This document shows positions 23,139 through 32,216 of a stretch of DNA of 38,652 bases, in pieces (positions within the stretch are counted from its first letter, which is position 1; each line of letters opens with the position of its first letter). Source of the stretch: Octopus bimaculoides. Lineage: Eukaryota. The translations under genes and the position numbers were made by a program. The stretch is from NCBI RefSeq assembly GCF_001194135.2, contig NC_068985.1, positions 34,910,385 to 34,949,036 on the forward strand, read 5' to 3'. Under the pieces are notes generated by a model. That model was not told where the DNA came from. It made no database searches and saw only the letters and a list, made by a program, of their open reading frames with translations.

Positions 23139-23373
23139 GAAAGTACAATTGTTATTATTAGTACACATGATCTTAGGAACTATCTTTAAAACGGACAGGG
23201 AGCTAACTCTTATGAAATATGTCACTTTAACTTTTGTCTATTAATATGCATGTAGTATGTGTGAGTGTGTTTGAGTCTATCTCAGTATTTATTATGGTAG
23301 AATCAGTACACAGCTATCTTAAATTAAATACTATTTATAACCATGCTATTTGTTCTTTTTTAATTTCTTAAAG

Positions 23374-23415
23374 ATGTGGAAGGCACTTACATTAACGTTT
23401 CAAAGAAACCTGGTG
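23374..23415 (+). CDS. Micro-exon A5 (42 nt, phase 1-1); xVEGTYINVSKKPG
   Basis: ttcttttttaatttcttaaAG, 42 nt, GTAAGT. Open. 33/42 nt identical to A4. Confidence 0.8.
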
Positions 23416-23506
23416 GTAAGTATATAAGCAATTTATTAACAAAAGTTACGTTAATTTGAGCAAGAGTTAGCAAATATTTTGGCTCATTCTTTCTTTGAGT
23501 AGAATA

Positions 23507-24295
23507 AGGTGAATTACTCCTTTGCAATCCCACCAGATAGAGAGAAGAACCTTTTTCCCATGAAGTTCTCTTCTCAGTTGTGGTTGAGCTTTTTCCTTTT
23601 TACCAAGCCACTGTTTATGACGTTTAACATTTCAATAGAAGATCCATTTTCTGTCACCAGTCACAAGTCTATCCAAAAAGGGTGAAATGAGTGTGCAAGA
23701 ATGGAGAGAAGAGCAGATGTCAACTCGGGTTTTGCGGTTGCTTTTGGACAATTCATGAGGCACCCATTTTCCAAGTTTAGGAACCTTTCCAAGTTGTTGG
23801 TGACGACGATGAAAAGTTGTATGGTTTGAACTCAGCTTTATTGCCAATTCTTCAACTGATAATGCAGGATTTTCTCCAAGTAATGCCTCAACGAGCTTAT
23901 CGTCAAACTCAACTGGACGTCCTGTTCGATCTTCATCTTCAAGGCCAAAATCTCCACTTCTGAATTTTGCAAATCATCTTCTACAAGTTCTTTCATTCAA
24001 GCATTCTTTCCCATAAACTGAGTGTATGTTTCGAGTCGCTTCGGCTGCAGAGTTTCCTTTTTTGTACTCATAAAGCATTATGTGCCTCAAATGCTCTTTG
24101 GATACTTCAATGTTAGAAAGGGTTTTAATCCAAGAAATTTTAATTCTATTATTCTGTAAAATAATATTTAATTAGTTTAAATGTACACAAATGCATAAAA
24201 ATAATTTTTAATTTCATTCAACATTCTAAAATACTATTGAATTTCATTCAATTTTAAAAAAGGTAAAATCAGCCAGAACTTTTGGGATGACCTGA
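23507..24295 (-). mobile_element. Mariner (Mos1/Hsmar-like) element, 3'-truncated, with 5' TIR
   Basis: EVSKEHLRHIMLYEYKKGNSAAEATRNI..RTGRPVEFD..GKWVPHEL..LVTGDRKWIFY..WWDCKGVIH. The 5' end tcaggtcatcccaaaagttctggctg is next to TA. It interrupts the duplicated host intron. Confidence 0.9.
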
Positions 24296-24434
24296 TATAT
24301 GTATGATTGAAATTCAAACTTTGAAAATTTTAATGTTGCTAACATTCATATGTAAGTCTGATATTTTACCCTTTTACTAATCCATACCCTTCGTAAGCAT
24401 ATATCTTGTAAGCTTTATTTATACCAATATAAGT

Positions 24435-25110
24435 GCAGCCTTGGCTGTGTGGTGAGAAGCTTCTTTCCCAACCACATGGTTCCAGTTTGAGTTTCACTTT
24501 GTGGCACTTTGGGCAAGTGTTTTCTATTATAGCTTTAGGTGAACCATAGCCTTGTGAGTGGATTTGGTAGATGAAAACTGAAGGAAGCCCTTTACATATA
24601 TATCATCATCATCATCGTTTAACATCCGTTTTCCATGCTAGCATGGGTTGGACGGTTTGACCGGCGTCTGGGAAGCCAGGAGGCTGCACCAGGCTCCAGT
24701 CTGATCTGGCAGTGTTTTTACAGCTGGATGCCCTTCCTAACACCAACCACTCCGTGAGTGTAGTGGGTGCTTTTTACGTGCCACCAGCACAGGGTCCAGA
24801 GGAGGCAGGAAACGGCCACGATCGGTTGGTGCTATATATATATATCATCATCATCATCATCATCGTTTAATACACATGTATGTTTTTGTGTGTTTGCTTG
24901 TGTTTATCCCCCCACTATCACTTGACAACCAATGTTGGTTTTTTTATGTCCCTGTAACTTAACGGTTCGACCATAGAGACCAATTGAATAAGTACCAGGT
25001 TTACAATGAATAAGTCCTGGGATCAATTTGTTTGACTAAAACCCCTTAAGGTGGTGCTCCAGCATGGCCACAGTCAAATGACTGAAACAAGTAAAAGAAT
25101 AAAAGAACCA
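24435..25110 (+). mobile_element. tRNA/CORE-type SINE with internal microsatellite carrying a nested antisense RTE tail (24603-24835)
   Basis: Head ggctgtgtggtgagaagc..tttgggcaagtgtttt..gtggatttggtagatgaaaactgaaggaagccc and 3' part ..ggtggtgctccagcatggccacagtcaaatgactgaaacaagtaaaagaat. The same element lies inverted at 36745-37195. Confidence 0.8.
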
Positions 25111-25242
25111 AATAATTATATGCACAATATTGAATCAAGTAGATATTTGCCTAGACATGAGAGAGTTTTGAAGAGACATGCAATGGTGAATATGATCAGC
25201 TGTTGCTGTTGAGTATCAAAATTCACTCCTGATTATGGTTAA

Positions 25243-25518
25243 CAGAAACAATTCCTATCATAGTAGGCACCTTAAGTATGATAAAAAAAATATTCAGACA
25301 AATACATAACAAAAACACCAGGACTTACAAATATATATAACATACAGAAAATTGCACTACTGGGCACTGCACACATCCTACGCAAAACACTTTCAATACA
25401 GTAACCATAAGAGCATCACAGCAAACCACAGCACATACCCAAGGCACACAGAGCTGCACTCGGTAGTGAAGTGAAAGCACGCTATAAAAATAAAACTACT
25501 GAATAATAATAATAATAA
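25243..25518 (+). mobile_element. R4/Dong-like 3' end with (AAT)n tail
   Basis: ETIPIIVGTL...IQKIALLGTAHILRKTLSIQ*, homologous to the C-termini at 10120 and 11200. Confidence 0.7.
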
Positions 25519-25609
25519 CTAGCAGAAATACCCGGCGTTGCCCGGGTTAAAGAGAATAACGAAATCTAAAAACGCCGTCTAGACTACGCATCATCTTTAT
25601 ATATAGAGA
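25519..25609 (-). mobile_element. 91-bp complete non-autonomous mini-Helitron
   Basis: Minus strand runs 5'-TCTCTATATATAAAG...AACCCGGGCAACGCCGGGTATTTCTGCTAG-3': 5' TC, subterminal hairpin, 3' CTAG, flanked by A and T. Confidence 0.8.
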
Positions 25610-25678
25610 TGTATATACACACACGCACCCAAGCACACGTATATATATGTATATCAATATAAATATATGAAAGTCAAT

Positions 25679-26444
25679 NNNNNNNNNNNNNNNNNNNNNN
25701 NNNNNNNNNNNNNNNNNNNNNNNNNNNNNNNNNNNNNNNNNNNNNNNNNNNNNNNNNNNNNNNNNNNNNNNNNNNNNNNNNNNNNNNNNNNNNNNNNNNN
25801 NNNNNNNNNNNNNNNNNNNNNNNNNNNNNNNNNNNNNNNNNNNNNNNNNNNNNNNNNNNNNNNNNNNNNNNNNNNNNNNNNNNNNNNNNNNNNNNNNNNN
25901 NNNNNNNNNNNNNNNNNNNNNNNNNNNNNNNNNNNNNNNNNNNNNNNNNNNNNNNNNNNNNNNNNNNNNNNNNNNNNNNNNNNNNNNNNNNNNNNNNNNN
26001 NNNNNNNNNNNNNNNNNNNNNNNNNNNNNNNNNNNNNNNNNNNNNNNNNNNNNNNNNNNNNNNNNNNNNNNNNNNNNNNNNNNNNNNNNNNNNNNNNNNN
26101 NNNNNNNNNNNNNNNNNNNNNNNNNNNNNNNNNNNNNNNNNNNNNNNNNNNNNNNNNNNNNNNNNNNNNNNNNNNNNNNNNNNNNNNNNNNNNNNNNNNN
26201 NNNNNNNNNNNNNNNNNNNNNNNNNNNNNNNNNNNNNNNNNNNNNNNNNNNNNNNNNNNNNNNNNNNNNNNNNNNNNNNNNNNNNNNNNNNNNNNNNNNN
26301 NNNNNNNNNNNNNNNNNNNNNNNNNNNNNNNNNNNNNNNNNNNNNNNNNNNNNNNNNNNNNNNNNNNNNNNNNNNNNNNNNNNNNNNNNNNNNNNNNNNN
26401 NNNNNNNNNNNNNNNNNNNNNNNNNNNNNNNNNNNNNNNNNNNN
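25679..26444. other. Assembly gap (766 N)
   Basis: Run of N. Confidence 1.
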
Positions 26445-26750
26445 AGTATCGAAATGTGATTGTTTCAGTTAGTGGAATAGTTTCATTTTTAAAGTGAAAG
26501 TATTTGACATGAGTGTTTTTGTTTCACTTTTGACACGTAATACTTAAATAGTGGAGGAGATATTATGTTGCCGTGTGCTCGAACTCTGCAAGAAGTTAAT
26601 AATTTTTTTTGACTAAAACACAACTGGAAGCCTAAGTAAGGCATGTGTAAAATTTGAATGAAATTGATTGCGTAGTTCTCGAGTTTTAGGGATTCACACA
26701 GACAGACAGACAGACAGACAGACACACATTCTCATTTTTATATATATAGA
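26445..26750 (-). mobile_element. 5' part of a non-autonomous Helitron with (GTCT)n microsatellite (Lep1-like architecture)
   Basis: Minus strand begins A|TCTATATATATAAAAATGAGAATGTGTGTCTGTCTGTCTG. The 3' end is presumably in the gap. Confidence 0.65.
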
Positions 26751-26799
26751 TAATAATAATAAGAAGAAGAAGAATAATAAGAATATTAATGATAATGAT

Positions 26800-27436
26800 A
26801 ATGTTAATACATTATACCATATATTCGAATGGGTGACCATCTAATAAAAACCACCATACCAATAAGAAGCACAATAATAACATAATTTGGATTATATTTC
26901 CTTTTGCTAAACATTTGAAATCTAATTTTATAAAGTCTATTCGTTCTATTGTTAAATCAAATTTTAGTAAATCTAGGTATGCTCGGATATTCAATAACAG
27001 AATGATTAGATTTGGCTTTTTTGTTTCTCCTAACTTATTTAGGATTATTTCTTCCCTTAACAATAGAAAACTAGATCTTTACTACAAGAATTTAACCTCC
27101 TCTACTACTAATACTAACCCTAATTATTCAAATAGCTCTGTATCTTCTACCAACGATTCCCATGCTCACACAAACTCTATCTCTATCAATACATATACAC
27201 ATAACAATAGTACATCTAACATTAGCAACAATTGTAACTGTAGAAACGTTAACAACTGTGAGGTTAAAGGTAATTGCAAAATGAAAATTGTTGTATATAA
27301 AGCTACTATTACAACACATGATCTCTCTAGGTTTCATTATATAGGTTGCATGCAGACCCCTTTTAAATTATGTTTGAATAATCATAAATCATCTTTTAAT
27401 GATCCTTGGAAAGAAAGTAGTTTTGCATCACATTAA
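26800..27436 (+). mobile_element. Penelope-like element C-terminal fragment (GIY-YIG)
   Basis: IWIIFPFAKHLKSNFIK..IFNNRMIRFGF..PNLFRIISSLNNRKL, then NCNCRNVNNCEVKGNCKMKIVVYKATI..HYIGCMQTPFKLCLNNHKSSF. Confidence 0.75.
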
Positions 27437-27449
27437 AAGACCATAAACC

Positions 27450-27750
27450 CAACTTGTTAACCAATACATCCAGGGTGTAGGAGTTCCTTGTTTTGTCCAA
27501 GTGAACAATAATTCCGTTCTGTGATTTGAGCTTATATAGCAGGTCTTTTAGGTTCTTTTGGTAGCTGTTATTCCTTAGTGGGTGTCGCTTGAATTTTAGG
27601 CTCTTTATGGTATCTCAGAGTTTATTTCCAAAGGCTTCTAGGTGGCTATTTGGTGGAGGTGTTTTCCTAGTTTTGAATACTCCTTTGGTGAATTCATTTT
27701 TGTTGTGATGGTGTTGTGGCTCAGGTTGAGCTTTTCTGTCATGATGTAAG
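27450..27750 (-). mobile_element. Inverted N-terminal fragment of a Penelope-like ORF
   Basis: Minus strand gives GVFKTRKTPPPNSHLEAFGNKL*DTIKSLKF..YQKNLKDLL..IIVHLDKTRNSY, resembling the pre-RT region (V.ADKT.N.Y motif). Confidence 0.55.
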
Positions 27751-29850
27751 GCTTTGGCCCTAATCACCATACAAGTAGCCCAAATAACAGAAACCCACTC
27801 ACTAATACAATTAACACCAACCACACACCATACTTCACCACAAACTACACTAACAATAAGAACAGTATGGGTAACCCCAATAAAAACAACACCAAGGCCC
27901 ATACACAAACCACTAATAACAGCAAAAATAACCACAACACTAATACCGATAAAGTGATAATCAATAAAATTAACAATATTAACAAAACTAATAACACCAA
28001 GTACACAAATAAGCCCCAAAATAACATTAGCAACAAAAATAATAGTATAAACCTACACATCTGTATGAATAAAACTAAAGCAACCCAACGAATCAATATC
28101 AACCCTGTTAATAACAAGAAAACCAAGCAATCTAGCCAACATGAGCCCTATGAAAATAACACCAATATAACAGACAAGAGTAACAGGAAAGTGAAACCTA
28201 ACTATAGAAATAAGCAAGATAGCCACAACCATATCTTCACATGACTCACAAACAAGGAGGGTAGCTTCTATACTAGTAAAAACAATACAAAAAATAAACA
28301 ACATAGTGATAATATCTGGCTCGTAATCCCCTACACCATGCACCTCAAATCAAACATAGTTCGCTCATTAATGAAAGTCATAGATAAACACCTAAATGTT
28401 AATAATAAATAAGCAGAATTGTTTAGGAATAAAATTAGAGTAGGCCACAGCCTGACAAATAACTTAGCTGCAATAATAGCCTCAATAAATAATAAAAAGC
28501 TAGACAAATTCTATGAAACTAGAAAGATTGTGAACAATAAAAATAATAACCAACCAATTAATAGAACTAAGCCCACCACTAACGTAGCACCTTCTGCTAA
28601 CTTAGATATAGACCTGAATAATAATAGCCCCCTACAATATGATATGAACACACATATACCTAATAATTTATGTGGCTGAAGGGATAGAACAAAGTGCCAT
28701 TTTTCAAATAGATGCAAGACAAATAATGTAGTCTATCAATGTCACGTGCACACAAATAGCCAGATGAAATCATACATAGCCGCCACTAAGAACCAAATGA
28801 TTCTTAGATATAACGTGCACCAATCAAGCTTTAGAAATAGGAGTAAGGCTAACTCAACAGGGCCCAGTACATATATTTGGGAACTTAAGGATAAAAAAAT
28901 AGATTATAGATTAAACTGGCGTATACTTGCAAAAACAACCTCGTGCAACACCGCCAATAGACGCTGTGATCTTTGTTTAACAGAACACCTAGCTATACTA
29001 ACGGCTAAACAACCCCTCCTCAATAGAAATTTGAGAACAACATTTTTCTCTTCATGTGGTCCTATTATCGGTAAAATAATAGGACCCTTTACAAGTCCCA
29101 CACTAGCATGTCCATCTATATAAGTCTAATTAGCTGGGAACCACCTTAAACACTTACACATAAACAGTTACCTCGCAACCCCATTTGCCCTCTACATTCC
29201 ATAATAATTTATTTTGCACCTACATAGAGACCCTTTATCACTATGAACTTCCTAAACTTTAGCTTTAATATAATTTTTAGCCATAGTACAGTTTTAAATC
29301 ACCTTACCTAGTCAAATTAAACTGGTATGAGTTAGTTCCCTTGAACCCTAAGTTATCCCCCTTGACATACACTATCAAATTAAACTAATATGAATTAGGT
29401 CCCTTTCATCCTAAGTTAGAGTTACGCCCCTTCACTTACACTGTCAGTAACTAAAACTCACCACTGGTTTAAATCAATTTGATACATGTGCGGAAAAAAT
29501 GTGCTTAGTCAAACTTGGGATTCCATACCAAAATAATATACACCCCACTCTAATTGCCCAATGGAACCATAAACTAACCTATCTACTACAATGAAATCTC
29601 TCCCCAGCAAAATAACCAACTTAAGAACAAAATATAAAGTAAGACTAACAAATTTTGCCTCGATTACCATTACCTATGTATCAATTATTTTCGCATTCTG
29701 ACCGATGTATCAATGTATTTTTTGCATTCGGAAATTATTTACTAAAACTAGTAAATTGGAATGATCGTAAATGCTACCTTCTTGGTTAATTAATTAAATT
29801 AAAGACATACCAGTGAAAACGACGAGTTTCTCCTTGTTATTTACATCCAT
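27750..29850 (+). mobile_element. Penelope-like element: N/T-rich linker, GIY-YIG domain and 3' region
   Basis: IWLVIPY, KIRVGHSLTNNLAAIIASINNKKL, NVVYQCHV..SYIAATKNQMILRYNVHQSSFRN..STYIWELKD..LNWRILAK..RRCDLCLTEHLAIL. Confidence 0.8.
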
Positions 29851-29859
29851 TTTCTTCTC

Positions 29860-29895
<36 letters not shown>

Positions 29896-29949
29896 NNNNN
29901 NNNNNNNNNNNNNNNNNNNNNNNNNNNNNNNNNNNNNNNNNNNNNNNNN
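29896..29949. other. Assembly gap (54 N) next to (TA)n
   Basis: Run of N. Confidence 1.
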
Positions 29950-30974
29950 TATACATACATTTATACATCTCATGTGAATACGTACTCTCTTTTATTACTT
30001 TATTTTGTTTGTATCTGCCCTTACACATGCACCCTTGAATGTGTGAATGTATGCACGTGTGTATGTATGTATCTATGTATATCCTAACTGTATATATTTT
30101 TCTATTACTTGTAAATTAATAATAATTTTTCTCTTTCATATATTCGTTTTTGTTCTTATTCTTTTTTTATTGTCTCCCTACCTGGGCTAGTTTTTGAGTA
30201 AGAGAACTCTTTTGAATACACTGGCCTGTCTTGTCTGTAAGTGTGGCTTTTCATCGTTAAGTTTTTTTTGTTTTTTTTTCTCTGCTTGTATGTACATTTT
30301 TACTTAAATATTTCAAACAGTCTTGTCTCTCAGCTTTAAGCCTCTTGTAAAATATATATTTTTTCGTTTTTCATTATTAATATGTATATGTATAACTCTA
30401 TGGCTTTTTTTCTGCTAGTGTACCTGTTACATTATATTCTACTGGAGTTCATTAATTTCGGTAAAATATTATTTATTTATTTACTTTTGTTTTAAACTAA
30501 GAGGAGAAAGTGAAAGATATATGTATGTGTATATGAAATGGACATGTGTGTGTGTGTGTGTGTGAAAGAAAGAGAGACAGAGTGAGTGAAGGGGTGTGTT
30601 GTTGGGTATATGTACATACATCAATATATATGTGTACATCTTTTTTGTATGTTCATGTATGTGTGTGAGAGAGAGGGAGTGAATGCGTGAGTGGGTAAAC
30701 GTGTGTGTTCTCATGTATGTGTAAGTAGCACTCTCTCTCTCTCTTTCTCACAAAACACAAACACGTCCATTTCATATACATTTCACTTTCACTTTAAAAC
30801 AAAATCAATAGGTGGTTTCCAGGATAAAAATTAAGAAAAAGATTCTATTCACTAGAAATTTATTACTATTGTTTGGATAGTTCCAATTCAATAAGTCCAG
30901 AAGTTAGGTTAAATATATATACATGAATAAGTACCATGGATTCCCATTCTACAAACTGGCACACAATTCTGTGA

Positions 30975-31009
30975 ATACTTTACTGGGCAAGGCTGGGTAG
31001 TAAGTCTAG
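30975..31009 (+). mobile_element. Decayed Helitron-like 3' terminus
   Basis: actgggcaaggctgggtagtaagtCTAG|t resembles acccgggcaacgccgggta...CTAG|t. Confidence 0.4.
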
Positions 31010-32037
31010 TGCTAAACTAAAACCTAAGCCTATGCTTTTATTTAATTGAACTATATATAATAAATAAATTAATTTCTTTTTATCCTTTTTCTTCGTTATG
31101 GTGATATATGTACAGGATTTGTACTCTATCATTTCATGCACATTCATTGATGAAGCTTGGATTTTTCATAGATTTCTAAGAATACTTATGGAATTAGAGG
31201 AATTAGATTTATTTTAATTTCATCATTTTATGTAACTAAACTTATCTTTAAGAAAGGTGAATTTTTCATTCCGTGTATAGTTCTGATATTTTTCTCTCTT
31301 CAAAATAGTTTTAGGTTGAATTATATTTAGATATTTAAGTTTTTATTCATTTACTTACCATATTTCCCAGCATTGAAGACACTACTTTTTTCCTAAAATA
31401 AGTCTCAAAAATCTACTATGTGTCCTGGAGGACAAAGGTTGCATTTTTCATAGGCATATCCTAACCCTAGAGGAAAATTATTAATGCTAGGCAGTAATCT
31501 GAATCCCTGTATATGACTGCTCAGTGAAGTGTATAAATTATATTTTGTTAAAGTAGTAAATAAACAAAAGTATCATAAGAAATTCTTTAAATATGCACAA
31601 TCACAAAAATTCATTCCTGTATGGGCAGTGTGTGTTAGATGAGACAACTGACAAGTGATATTTTACATGTGTATCTATATTGCCAGTATTGTCACTCTCT
31701 TCAAACAAACTGACTTTAAAGGAACATTATTAAGTGACGAAAGAAGTAAAACTGCGTTATGTTAAAAGGGTTTACAAGCAAATATTAATAACAATACTAT
31801 CATAATCACTTACTTTCTGTGATGAAACATGTTGCATTCAGTCACCACTTACTCACTCTCTGTGATGAAACTATTGTGTTCAGATTGCAACATAGGCTTC
31901 CTCCTTGGTCTTAACCAGTTCATGGTCTTAACCATGAAAGCCATGGTCTTAACCAGTTCAAGCCAGAACTTGCTGATGTCAGGAGTGATCTGCAAATTCA
32001 GAAGATTTTACTTAAAATTTTTAGCCCAACTGTTATT

Positions 32038-32212
32038 ATGGCAACTTCAAGTAGAAGATACTCTTATACAATCGGCTATAAGCTACAAGTGATTGGATAT
32101 GCCAAACAGCATGGTAACAGAGCTGTAGAGAGGTATTTTGGAGCACCACCAACTGAGAAAATGAACCACCACTGGAAGAAACAAAAGGACCTGTTGAAGC
32201 CCGCATCAAGAC
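32038..32212 (+). mobile_element. pogo/Tigger-like transposase N-terminus (DNA-binding domain), interrupted by piggyBac
   Basis: MATSSRRYSYTIGYKLQVIGYAKQHGNRAVERYFGAPPTEKMNHHWKKQ fits the RRSY..FKL.V..YA..GNR.A.R.F pattern of pogo-type transposases. Confidence 0.65.
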
Positions 32213-32216
32213 TTAA

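Noticed and set aside
22308-26497. Long 257-aa and 276-aa ORFs in the track
   Set aside because: They consist almost entirely of X from N-gaps.
29690-29760. Hammerhead ribozyme in the Penelope 3' region
   Set aside because: ctgaccga...cggaaa lacks a proper core and pairing stems.
30420-30461. 42-nt AG...GTAAAA segment (xYLLHYILLEFINF)
   Set aside because: It has the same length as A exons but no sequence similarity, a weak donor, and lies in low-complexity repeat-like DNA. Probably chance.
31722-31745. 24-nt AG...GTAAAA segment (xTLLSDER)
   Set aside because: No polypyrimidine tract, a weak donor and no homology to the cassettes.
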